64,000 nucleotides of DNA from Macrostomum lignano (Eukaryota): the NCBI GenBank assembly GCA_002269645.1, contig NIVC01003425.1:62001-126000 (forward strand). The letters run 5' to 3'. The position numbers were made by a program, and so were the translations under genes. The notes under the pieces were generated by a model, which worked only from the letters and a program-made list of their open reading frames with translations, had not been told where the DNA came from and made no database searches. Below are positions 51,060 through 62,702 of the stretch, piece by piece. The stretch's first letter is position 1; each line of letters begins with the position of its first letter.

Positions 51060-51490
51060 AGTATTCCATGTGACCTTCAGTGACTCGCACTAATCCAAGT
51101 GACCATCAGTGACCCGCATTAATCCAAGTGACCTTCAGTGACCCGTACTAATCCAAGTGGCCTTCAGTGACCCGCACTAATCCAAGTGAACATTAGTGAC
51201 CAGCACTAATGCAAGTGACCATCAGTGAGCCGCACTAATCCAAGTGACTATCACTGACCCGCACTAATCCAAGTGACTATCACTGACCCGCACTAATCCA
51301 AGTGACTATCACTGACCCGCGCTAATCCAAGTGACTATCACTGACCCGCACTAATCCAAGTGACTATCACTGACCCGCACTAATCCAAGTGACTATCACT
51401 GACCCGCACTAATCCAAGTGACTATCACTGACCCGCACTAATCCAAGTGACTATCACTGACCCGCACTAATTCAAGTGGCCTTCAGTGAG
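51060..51490. repeat. 29-bp minisatellite
   Basis: Unit gacccgcactaatccaagtgactatcact. Confidence 0.93.
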
Positions 51491-51907
51491 CCGCCATTCC
51501 TTCCCCGATACAGTTACATGAAGTACCGTTTTTTAGGTATCCAAACCATAAAGTTTGTTTTAAGCATTACGAGTAGAACTTATATACGAATACAAAAAAT
51601 GCTATAAGAACTATAGATGCCTAGCTAGGCCAGGCTGTCCTCACCGGCCTCTGTATATCTTAGCAGCCTTGGCTGTCCTATACTTAAAACAAAGAGCCAG
51701 GCCCAACTCAGCATTTTCCCTCAAACACACAGAGCTCTTGGAACCGTTATAATCTTCATCTAACTGACTCACCGGCCTCTGTAAATCTCGGCAGCTTAGA
51801 CCTCCTATACTTAGAACGAAGTAGGCTCTAAGTCTGCTTTTTCACTCAAACATAAAGGGAAAGTCTTGGGGCCGCTAAAACCTCTTCATCTAAGAGACTC
51901 ACCCGCC

Positions 51908-52088
51908 TCAGTCAGTCAGTCAGTTGCAGTCAGTCAGTCAGTCAGTCAATCAGTCAGTCAGTCAGTCAGTCAGTCAGTCAGTCAGTCAGTCAGTCAGTCA
52001 GTCAGTCAGTCAGTCAGTCAGTCAGTCAGTCAGTCAGTCATTCAGTCAGTCAGTCAGTCAGTCAGTCAGTCAGTCAGTCAGTCAGTCA
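51908..52088. repeat. (AGTC)n microsatellite
   Basis: Seen directly. Confidence 0.97.
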
Positions 52089-52089
52089 G

Positions 52090-52700
52090 AAAGAAGCGGA
52101 GAGAAGCTGGGATATCAAAAAGAAGGGGAGAGAAGTGGAAAAAAGCTGGGATATCAGAGAGAAGCGGAGAGAAGCTAGGATATCAGAGGGATGATGGCGC
52201 CAAGCTGGGAAGCTGAGAAATTGATGCACATAAAATACGTTAGAAGGCAAAGGTGCGAAAGAACGATTGGGCGCAAGGCCGTAGCCAGCGTATTTTTATC
52301 AAACACAGAATTGATGCAATATCAGATATCAGAAAGAAGCGGAGAGAAACTGTTATTATCAGAGAGAAGCGGAAAGAAGCTGGGATTATCAGAAAGAAGC
52401 GGAGAAAAGCTGGGATTATCAGAGGGAAGTTGAGAGAAGCTGAGATTATCAGAAAGAAGCGGAGAGAAGCTGGGATTATCAGAGAGAAGCGGAGAGAAGC
52501 TGGGATTATCAGAGAGAAGCGGAGAAAAGCTGGGATTATCAGAGAGAAGCGGAGAAAAGCTGGGATTATCAGAAAGAAGCGGAGAAAAGCTGGGATTATC
52601 AGAAAGAAGCGGAGAAAAGCTGAGATTATCAGAAAGAAGCGGAGAGAAGCTGGGATTATCACAGAGAAGCGGAGAGAAGCTGGGAAGTTGAGAAATTAAT
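52090..52700. repeat. 30-bp purine-rich minisatellite
   Basis: Unit agagaagctgggattatcagaaagaagcgg. Confidence 0.92.
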
Positions 52701-54542
52701 GCATACAAAATACGTTAGAAGATTATAAGTTATATATTCTTACAACCTGTTAAAACCCACGGATTTTGAACCCTGTGGCGGCCAGGCTGTACGCGACCGG
52801 CAGCACCAGTGCAGCCATACTGGAAACCCCCCAACCTCTGTCTAGCTGAGGTGGGGTGGGTGCGCACCAAGCTAGCCGGCTCGCTAAGCCGGGGGGGGGG
52901 GGGTTGGCGTAGCCTATCACACGCCACGCCACCTTTTCGCACCTCCCTACTAGGCCCCTCAATCTCGCGCTGTTTGTAAATATTAATATACGCGCAAAGC
53001 AGCACAAAATATTCGCTGCCAAATAAATATTATTGAATTAATTAAGGCCCTCCGCCTCATTGGTGCCCATGCAGCTTGACGCCCATGCAGCGTGGAATGC
53101 TGGGCCTACGTGGTCGGCCCTGTGCGGTCCTGGCAGCCAACCGCCTTGGCCGACTTGGCAGCCCAGCAGCACCGCAGCCCAGCAACCACAGCAGTAGCAG
53201 CAACAATCAGCCCAGTCAGCCCGCCCCCTGGTAGCTCCGGGGTCTCGCCTTTCGGGCCCCGTTTGGACCAACCACCGCCACACGCTGCAGCTCATTCTAG
53301 GTTAGCACCGCTGCTGCTTGCCTAACATCCCCAGCCTCTGTGCAGGAGCCTCGACCCGGCTTACGACCGGCAACTGACTGTCGCGATTGCCTCTGGTGTG
53401 GTCCGCCCTACTCTCTTATCATGGATAAATCATCTATGATCCATGATCCATTGATAAATCCTGCATGTTCATGGTATTTTCATCCATGGATTTTTAAAAC
53501 TTTCCATGGTAAAATCATCCATGTCAGGGAGTTCATACGGGAAAATAAATAACTAAGCTTATAAAAAATTTCAGGCTATTTTATGTATATCTAATAAAGT
53601 TTTAAATATATTTAATAAAAGCGAAATTGTAAATACAAAAAATAGTTTAATAAATTTGTTAAAATCTTCACCTACAAATTGCTTTGAATATATTACCAGC
53701 AATTTTGTTGGCCATTTTGTTTCGGTTTAGTTAATTACGGACTTAACTTCCCATAAACATAAATTACTAGGCCTATTTTTCCTTTCTAAGAGGACTCTGT
53801 CACTCTTGCATGTTGTCATCATTTCATTATGTGTCACTATGTGCTATGTTTATGTTTATGTTTTTTCTTAGCTATATACTTCCAGTTCCACTTTTGGTAG
53901 CTAGTTTTAAAATTCGGTGGCTTGTAAGGTTTTTTGACATGCTAATTTTGATCTTCACTCCTTCAGTGAAAATTGTATTTGTAGATATATTAGAAAATAG
54001 AAACCCTATTATATATTATATTTGGGATGCAAAGATAACCTATAGGGGTTAGATGTATATTTTTGAATGATATTTTGCTGCATTTTTATAATGATAGGTT
54101 GGCCTAACCAAAGCCAAAGGCCTAGTCTAAAGTGGCATCCTAGACCTAGGCCATAGCCTAATGATAAAAATCACATGGTAGGCTGACAGTTTCAAAATAA
54201 TAAAAAATAATAGTATATTATGGTAATTGGTACTTAATTTCGAGACCTTTCATGTCCTTTGTATCTAATATACAGTCTATAATCAAAACTAGACTAGACT
54301 AGGCCCAATTAGGCCTAATATTGTCTACTTTGTATCAGAAAATCCACAATGGCACAACTTTATAATTATAGGCCTATATATAGGGCCTAGGCCTTATATT
54401 ATAATTTTTATTTAAAATCATAGGGGCCTAGGGTCCCTACATTAAATTTTTTTTATATACAATTCTAATTGGTTTGTCATTGGCCTCTTGATTGATTCTT
54501 CAAACCTTATCTCCTTGTGAAACTTTTTCAGAACAAATTGTT

Positions 54543-55386
54543 ATGGATGATATTGGATTAAGTGCATCTAATTCTAGGCCTCTTCGAAAGCAGACAAAAA
54601 GTACTTCTAAATTTGGAAATGACAATTCAGCATTGTTTTTCTGCTTTATTCTTCACAATGTTGGCCATGATGAGCAATATGTGACCATTGCATTTGGGTC
54701 TCCCTATTGGCCAAGTACAATAACTAATGATGAAAAGTTGGAACTTGCACAAGTAAGATTTTAAGTTGGATTTATATGCATAATATTTTGTTATTGAGTA
54801 CATGGTTTCTAAAACAAATTATTCCAACTACAAATGTAATATTACTTTATTAAATTATATTTTAGGGGACTAAAGTCTTTTTACGCATGTATGGCAAACT
54901 ATTTTCTGCTACACTTGTGGCAAAAGGTAGTGAAAGGCAAATGGCTTCAACTATGAACCAACTTTCCAACTTGGTTAGTGAGGCTGAAAATACTGATTCA
55001 TTGATTAGCCAAGCTATTGAGCTTTTTGCAATGAAAGATCCCCAAGCTGGCATTGCAAATGTAAGGACAATAAGGTCATCTAGTTCAAAGCAGGTTGCTT
55101 CAAGTTCTAGTTGTCATCAGCATGGACTACTTGACGAGCTTTATGAAGTGGATAGTGAAAGTGGCGAACCAAATTTGGCGATACCAGCTACTCAATCAAT
55201 GGGTAAAACTGCAATATATATGAACTATTAATTGTTTGCAATTTGTTTTTTTTGTTGTATTATTTGATTAATTATTATTTTTTAGAAAAAGCCATTTCTG
55301 CATTTGAGAGAGAGGCATCTTTGGTTGAAAATGAGCAAGCTCGTGCCACAGGCCTCTTGACTACTAAGCAACGGCAGATGGCTTGA
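54543..55386 (+). CDS. AT-rich 3-exon orphan gene, 215 aa (exons 54543-54752, 54866-55202, 55286-55386)
   Basis: Junctions CAA|gtaaga..tttag|GGG (phase 0) and ATG G|gtaaaa..tttag|AA (phase 1) join without stops to TGA 55384-86; 648 nt total. No recognised domain. An upstream acceptor at 54531 may indicate a further exon. Confidence 0.6.
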
Positions 55387-55530
55387 TTTTGGAGGTGAGG
55401 TGGGTGTCAACCCTCCTCGCCTCTCATTGGCTGGCGCCCCGATCACTAGGTGATCGATACCCGTATCGATATCGGCGCTCGGCGCGCGCGCGCCGCAGGC
55501 GCGTGGCGCCAAGCGCCGTCCAGCCGCAGG

Positions 55531-55993
55531 CGACCCTCCCCAGCCACCGGCGACCCTCCCCAGCCGCAGGCGCACCTACCGATATGTATGCCCACCCTAC
55601 CGATATGTACCCCGATATGTACACCCTCCCGAGCCGCAGGCGCACCCTCCCGAGCCGTAGGCGCCCATGCCGCAGACGCCCATGCCGCAGGCACCCCGAG
55701 TGTACACTCTACCGAGCCGCAGGCACCCCGAGTGTACACTCTACCGATATGTACACTCTACCACTCTCCCGATATGTAGTCAACGATATTAGGCTAGTGA
55801 AAACTACTTATAGTAGGTGAAATTGAGTATATTTACATAAAAATGTAGATAAAACATATTGGTAGGTGAATAATGACGCATAATACATATTGGAGCATAT
55901 GAGCAGCAAAAACACACAATGTAGGTGTATGGGCAGAAATAGACAAAGCAGGTACTGTAGGCGCTACATAGGTGGAAATACACACACAGCAGG
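55531..55993 (+). repeat. Left terminal inverted repeat (portion matched within the window)
   Basis: Matches 64000-63525 except a ~14-bp indel, a CA unit and rare substitutions. Contains repeated gccgcaggc and accgatatgta modules. Confidence 0.95.
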
Positions 55994-56923
55994 TGCATAC
56001 ATACACACAATGTAGGTGCAAATTGAGTATAATACAGGAAAATTACATAGCATATAATGTAGGCGCATTTTAAACAATACATTTTGCATATTAACCCGCA
56101 GGCACAAATTTCAGTGCATAGGATAAAATACACACACTGGAAGTTAAGTATAATACAACATATGTATGCAAAATTAAGCATATAATGTAGGTGCAAAGTA
56201 AAATATCCAGCCCAGGATATTCGAGACACGCCCCCAGAGTCAGGGCCGGGGGATCCCAATGTACAGTGCGGGCGGAGTAACAGAGAAATTCCTCCCCAGG
56301 GCCGGGGGATCCCAAGTACAGTGCGGTCAGAGAGGAGTAACATAGAGAAATTCCTCCCCAGGGCCGGGGGATCCCAAGTACAGTTCAGGCAGAGAGCATT
56401 CCAATCCTCCCCAAATGGGGGGGTTATCAAAGACCCCTCACATTGCACAGGGCGGGCAGAATAACAGACCGCATACAAATAGGGGTTTTAGCGGATCCCA
56501 AGTACAGTGCGCTCCATGGTGTTAAATGAGGAAGGATCCCGCCCCAATGTACATTGGAGGTAGAGTAACAGACCGCATACAAAGAGAATTCCAGTCAAAC
56601 TTTACCGCAGCTCCCACCCCAAATGAGGGTTTTAGTGGATCCCCAGAGGGTAGCTCTCCAAGTTGAGGGATCCCCCCAGTGTGTTGCGAGGCCCAAGTAC
56701 AGTGCATGCAGAGAGTAACAGAGTACAAAGAGAAATTCCCTTATCAGTCAAACTCGAGCGCGATCTTCAGCCAGGGCAGTCTCCTCCTCATCAGCGCTCT
56801 CGAAACATCTGTCAAAGTAAAAATATTCAATGTAGACAGATTATATGTAATTTATATACGATTTATATGAAATTAAGCTTACCAAAAATCGGGTTCGCGC
56901 TGTACGGATACGGCACGCCTCAA

Positions 56924-57421
56924 TTAGCAACCCTCGTCAAACAGATTTCCCCAAGGGTAGGGTTTGATGCTGTCAAGGCAGTCCTGCAGATTGTCCTCTG
57001 TCTTGACTCGCTTGGCTGGAGGGGGTGCCTCAGGTGCCGGCTTGAAGAGCTTGTCCAAACGGGCGGCAAACATCCGGCGCCACAGTTCAGGCGTGAATTC
57101 GATCGTGTAGCGCCAATTAAACTTTGGGTCCTGATTGAGCCAATTGCGCAGCAAACGGATCCTCCCTCGCGAAGCTTCAACTGCCTTGAAATTGCCCAAC
57201 AGGACCCGCTTGTTCACGTGAAGGCGGGCAGCAGCCTCCAGGTCAGGGCGCGCAGCTTCGAGCTTCTTCCACTCTGGCTCGGCCAAGTAGATTGCAGGGA
57301 AGCCGTCCTTCCACACTCCGGCCTCGTTGGTGTAGAGACGCCGAATTTCAATCAAGTTGTGTTCAGTTTCAAATGTGGGCTTCCGCGCCACAAAGTTTTC
57401 GTATAGAGAGATAGAAGACAT
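56924..57421 (-). CDS. PC4-like ssDNA-binding protein with two tandem PC4-like repeats and a basic NLS-like motif, 165 aa
   Basis: IEIRRLYTNEAGVWKDGFPAIYLAEPEWKKL aligns to the PC4 core recalled as [31 protein letters not shown]. A second, weaker repeat IRLLRNWLNQDPKFNWRYTIEFTPELWRRM. PPPAKRVK near the C-terminus. Intact ATG-to-TAA ORF. Confidence 0.75.
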   Translation of the reverse strand: MSSISLYENFVARKPTFETEHNLIEIRRLYTNEAGVWKDGFPAIYLAEPEWKKLEAARPDLEAAARLHVNKRVLLGNFKAVEASRGRIRLLRNWLNQDPKFNWRYTIEFTPELWRRMFAARLDKLFKPAPEAPPPAKRVKTEDNLQDCLDSIKPYPWGNLFDEGC

Positions 57422-57439
57422 GATTTAGCAGCAGCAGCA

Positions 57440-57640
57440 GCAGAGAGCTCTCTGACAGCCGTGCAGCGCCTTATATACCCCCGGGTGGAGGGTGGGGTGG
57501 GTGATGATTTTGGGGTGATTTTTGATGATTTTGGTTGGTTTTTGGCGATTTATCCAATAACAGGCGAGCTGAGCAGATTTTTTAGTATATATACAGACCC
57601 CCAGAGCCAGGGTAGAGAGATAAATCCTTCTCTCTCCGCT
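57440..57640. promoter_or_regulatory. Divergent promoter between the PC4-like and pPolB genes
   Basis: Minus-strand TATATAA at 57477-57471, ~50 nt above the PC4 ATG. Plus-strand TATATATA at ~57585-57592, ~75 nt above the pol ATG at 57664. Confidence 0.6.
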
Positions 57641-57663
57641 CTCTCACGCTCTCTGTTTGCAAA

Positions 57664-60600
57664 ATGGCTAAACGCAGCGCCGCAGCAACTGCTTTTCTGG
57701 CTGACAAGAGGCAACGTCTTTATGGTAAGTTTTAATTAATTTCTGTCTAGACTGTAGTTGCTAGGGTGGGGGTAGGGGCTGAGCAGCAGCAGCAGCTGCA
57801 GGGTCTGTGGGACCGCAGAGTAAACAACAAAGACTGCTGCGACAGCTGCAGGGGTCTAGACTGGAGTTGCTAGGGTGGGGTGCTGCGGCAGGGTCTGTAA
57901 CAGAGAGTTGCAGGGGAGGGCTAGACAAGTTTCAGCCGGGTGTGTGCTGATAAGAAATTGCTGCTAGGGGGGTGTTGTCCAGACAGGCTGCAGCTGGGGT
58001 GCAAATTGCTGCGACAGAGAGTTGCAGGGGTGAGTAAACAAAGACTGGGGTGGGGGTTGTCTAGACAGGGAGGGGTGTGCTGATAAGAAATTGCTGCAAA
58101 AACAGACAGTTGCTAGGGTGCTGCGGCAGATAAGAAATTGCTGCAGAATCGTTGGGGCAGGCTAGACAAGTTACAGCCAGGTGGGGGCAGAGAGTTGCTG
58201 GGACTGTGTAGCGCGGGGACAGACTGATAAGAAATTGGCAGGGGCGCTACCCAGACAGGCTGCAGCTAGGTGCAAATTGCTGCGACAGAGAGTTGCAGGG
58301 GTGAGTAAACAAAGACTGCTGCGACAGGCTGCAGCGGGGGTGCAGATAAGAAATTGCAGAGAGTTGCTGCGGGGACAGCAGAGTAAACTCTGTTAAGAAA
58401 TTGCTGGGGCTAGGGCGGGGAAACACGCTGGGGCCAGGAAAATGACAGATTCTTCTGGTTTTTTATCTCCTTGTGTTTTTTCAGACGCGTTTGTCCCGCC
58501 AACACAGCCGGAATCTGTTACCGGACCGGGTGAGTTATCCAGCCCCCCCATTTCCCACACAGACCCTAGCTGACTCACACTCCCCCATTCCCCCATGCAG
58601 GTTTTACGGCTCGGCTGGATAATCAGCGTGACCTGCCCAAGTTTAGGGCAAAGGGTGTCGAGTATGTGGTGCATATTACCAACACCGAAGATTTGCGGGA
58701 GGTGTTTGCTGACATGCTCGAAGTTTTCAAGCAAGATTTGGCTGGTGATGACTTTATGGCCGCGAAATTCGAGAGCGACAATATGCTCAAAGCGGCCCAC
58801 ACTCCCCCGGTGCGTGCATCCCGCATGACGGCTGAATTGTTGTTTAAGCACATCAACAAGATTGTACAGTCGGATGCCACTGTCCTGACGGGCAACTTTT
58901 CTATCCGGTTGCTAAAGGCCTGGGTGCCTCGAGGTGGATGTGCTCTCGAGAACAAGCATCTAGAAGAGCGGCACGCCTTCTCCAAGCACTATGTCCGCAT
59001 CACCAACTCGGACAAGAGATGCCTGCTGCGCGCTCTGGTCGTGGCCTGCGCCTACCTGCAATTCGTGGCCAAGTCCATCACCAAGCAGGTGTGGCACACA
59101 ATCAAGGCCAATTCGCCCACGCAGACTAAGCTGGTGGCTGAGCTACAAATCGAAGCTGGCCTCTACACGGTAAGTTTCTAGTATTTTTCCGATAAGAATT
59201 TTTACACAGTATCGTGGAATACTAAAAGATATATTTTCTGATAAGAATTTTTACACAGTATCGGGAATACTAAAATTTTCTGATAAGATTTTTTACACAG
59301 TATCAGGGAATACTAAAAGAAATATTTTACCCTCCACACAGACTCTTCAAACCGTCTCGCAGGCTGGTCCTTTCGGGTTGGATGCACTGCCCGAAGCGAT
59401 CCGTGCCCTGAACCGGCTGCATCCGGGGCGCGATTTTGGTGTACGAGTGTACAGGGCAGAGGAGGCCAACAGGTGCATCTTCAACCTGCCTGGCACCGAG
59501 ATTCTGCACCTGCACCTGGTCGAGCAGCACTTTAATGTGGTCACCAAGCTGCCTGCGTTTTTCGGCTCTGATCACTACTGCGCCAAGTGCGAGATGGCCT
59601 ACGACTGCGCCAACGCCGAGCACAAGTGCGCTGACGCCTGCAGTACATGCAAGACTCCGGGCTCCAACTGTAAGGCAAACCGCGCATATGTAAGATGCCA
59701 GGATTGCGGGCTAAATTGCTATAATGCTCAGTGCCTAGAAAATCACAAGCGCAAGAATAAGGCGGGCAGATCGCGCTGTGATTCGGTCCACGTTTGCGGC
59801 ACGTGTGGCTATCTAGAAGAACTAAAAGTAGGCCAGCCCCCTGAGCATCAGTGTGGTTATGCCAAGTGCCCAGTCTGCAAGCAGTACGACGAAACTGCCA
59901 CCCACGAGTGCTTTGTCACCCCGCCCAAAGCCAAAGAGTCTAGCGCCCCGTATGTTTACTATGATTTCGAGACGTACGTGGACTCTGGCAAGCAGCACCG
60001 GGTACACTTGGTTACGGCTGCCACCTCCTGCGAGGCGTGTCCCAAACTCTTCCCCAGGCCCCGCTGCAGCGTGTGCGGGGGACTACACAGCTCAGCCAAT
60101 TGCATTGCGGGACGCGATTTGGCACTCGATTTCACGAGCTGTGCTCGCACAATGACTGTGCCTGTGGGATGCGAGAGTTTGTATCTGTCGGGCCGCACTC
60201 TATCGATGCATTTTACTGCTGGCTGACTAGTGTGTTCAAGCAGGGGGCAATTGCTATTGCGCACAATGGCTCTGCGTATGACGCATTCCTCCTGCTCGGC
60301 GCCCTACTCAACGGACTGGCCAAGAAGAAGCCGCAAGTGATCTTCCAGAACAGCCGCCTAATGTACATGAAGTGCGACAAGATCACCTTCAAGGACAGCC
60401 TCAATTTCATCCCTATTGGTCTGGCGCAATTCCCAAAGGCGCTTGGTTTGGGCACCCAACTGACCAAAGGAGATTTCCCGCACGTGTTTAACCAGCCTCA
60501 AAATTGGGGGTACGTCGGTCCCTACTGCTCAATTGATATGTACGGAGGAAAGAAAAACAAGCAGCATGACTCCATCGCTGACTGGCTGGCCAAGCAGGAG

Positions 60601-62702
60601 GGACAGGTGTTTAATTTCAATAAGGAGTACCTGGACTACTGCCTGCAGGACACGTTAATTTTGCGGGAAGGCTGTCTGAAATATACCCGCCTGATTAAGG
60701 ACATTTGCGGACTGGACGCATTTGTCCAATCCAACACCATTGCGGGCTTGGCTATGGCTGTTTTCACCACCAAGTTTATGGAGCCCAACACTCTTGGGGT
60801 GATTTCCCGCCGGTCCGATGTACAGTCGCACAAGGCGCGGTGCTGGCTGGCACATTTAAATGCAACCGAGTTTGGCGGCCGGTTGCGGACAGCGGACTCG
60901 GGCGGCGAGGCTTTCGCCATGGGCCGTAAGGTCGACGGCTTCGACCCAGAGACCAGGACAGTGCTGCAGTTTCATGGCTGCTTCTTCCATGGCTGTCCCA
61001 AGTGCTTCCCCAACGGCGACGTGCTGCACCCGCTCAAGAACCAGCCAATGCGGGCGATTTATGAGGAGACTGAGCGCTTCACCCGGTTGCTCTCCACTGC
61101 ATACAATGTGCGTGTTCTGTGGGAGCACGATTATCAGGACGAGGGAGCGCCAGTCCAGCAGCCTATTCGCCTGGAGGATGCCCTGTTTGGCGGCCGTACC
61201 GAGGCTTTTGTCCCGCATGCCGAGGCCACCGAGACTGTAGAGCTGCGCTATCGGGATGTGGTAAGTTTGTACACTTGTACACACAGTTGACATGCGTTTG
61301 AGTTTATCTTATCCTTATCCCCTAGGTGTCGCTCTACCCGACTGTCAACAAGTTTGACAAGTACCCTGTCGGGCACCCGGTTCACCACCCCGAGCCTCAT
61401 CTACTGGATGAGCTGCAGCTGGCCCGGTATTTTGGCATCGCCGAGGTGTCGATTCTGCCGCCAACCAATCTCCACATCCCGCTACTGCCCTCCAAGATTA
61501 ACAAGAAGCTGGTTTTCGGCCTCTGCCGCGTCTGCATGGAGACCCAGTGCAGCAGCGAGTGTACACACACTGACGCTGAGAGAATGCTCCGCGGCACGTG
61601 GTCGACCCCAGAGCTCCACAAAGCCCTGCAGTTGGGTTACAAGCTGCAGTCAGTTCATGCCCTGGCCTATTGGACCGAGACTCGCACGGGCCTGTTTGCA
61701 GATTATGTAAACACCTTTTTGAAGCTCAAAGCCGAGTCTAGCGGTTCGCCGGGATGGCTGAGGACGCCAAGGCTGCCTACATGGCCAGCTTTTTCGAGCG
61801 CGAAGGCGTCCGGCTGGAAAAGGTGGAGGAGAATCCTGGCCTGCGCTTTGTTGCCAAGATTTTTCTAAACTCGTAAGTTTTTCTACTTGCAGTGGGGGCC
61901 ATGTTTTTCTACTTACATAAAATTTATTTTTCCCCTGCAGGCTCTGGGGCAAGTTCTGCCAGCGCGACGACCTGACCTCCACAGAGATTGTGGACAGCTA
62001 CGAGGCGTGGCTGCAGCGCCTGACAGACCCCTCGATCAAGGTCAAGTCGTGCGAGCCAATTGGGGAGAGCTTCATGATGCTCGAGTACAAGCCCCGATTT
62101 GGCGGTGCTGGCGAGCGGGCGTTCAAGTACGCCAATGTACCTATTGGCGTTTTCACCACCTCCCACGCCCGGCTGCGACTCTACGAGGCTCTGGAGGGTC
62201 TAGGAACCCGCGTCATTTACGCCGATACCGATTCGTAAGTAATTTTTTCAACTGTCTCTGTCTCTCTTTCTCCCCTTAACACTTTTTATCCTTCTCCTCC
62301 TCCTCCCAGGGTCGTATACCGCTGCTCCCGGGCGAGTACGAGCCTCCGGGCGGTTCGAGTTTGGGGCAGTGGACTGACGAGGTACCTGCTGGCTGCCGCA
62401 TGGTACAGTTCACCACGGGAGGCCCCAAGCTCTACCGGTACGTGGTGGAGAAGCCCGACAGGTCGCTGTACTCGGTGCTCAAGTGCAAGGGCATCAGAGT
62501 CACGCCCGAGATTTCCGAGCGCGAGGACGAGCTGCAGGAAATTCTGCGCCACGGGGGCTCTGTCCGCCTGCCCCAGGCCCAGTTCAGGCGCGATAAGGCC
62601 AGCTGTACAATCCGGACCCTGGAGATGGACAAGACTTTCCAGCGCGTAATGACTAAGAGGGTGTATGGGGCCGCTAGCCGCCCGTATGGCTTTCGTGAGT
62701 GA
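57664..62702 (+). CDS. Protein-primed family-B DNA polymerase (Polinton type), 7 exons, ~1269 aa after correcting three single-base frameshifts
   Basis: Exons 57664-57724, 58485-58529, 58601-59169, 59363-61260, 61326-61872, 61941-62234, 62310-62702; all GT-AG with consistent phases. ExoI YYDFETY, ExoII AHNGSAYD, ExoIII YCLQD; Pol A DV|VSLYP, Pol B KIFLNS|LWGKF, Pol C YADTDS|VVY; GGPKLY, KCKGI. N-terminal NSDKRCLLRAL...HF, Cys-rich region, and internal FHGCFFHGC. -1 frameshifts near 60080, 61750 and 62327. Confidence 0.92.

Noticed and set aside
53400-53530. CACTA/EnSpm-like terminus (catgga repeats ending tcaggg)
   Set aside because: No convincing partner end or TSD found in the window.
55993-56920. 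Integrase, capsid or other protein gene in the left arm (ORFs 55804-56478, 56663-57406)
   Set aside because: Low-complexity modular repeats, or antisense to the PC4-like gene; no DDE, Walker A or tyrosine-recombinase motifs seen.
60071-60090. 20-nt GT..AG intron that would fix the first pPolB frameshift
   Set aside because: Too short for a normal spliceosomal intron; a single missing G in the G5 run is simpler.
60070-62335. Programmed -1 ribosomal frameshifting in pPolB
   Set aside because: No X_XXY_YYZ slippery heptamers, and three obligatory shifts in one enzyme are implausible.
57664-62702. Phage, mitochondrial-plasmid or contaminant origin of the polymerase
   Set aside because: It has spliceosomal introns and TATA promoters and is contiguous with host-type sequence.
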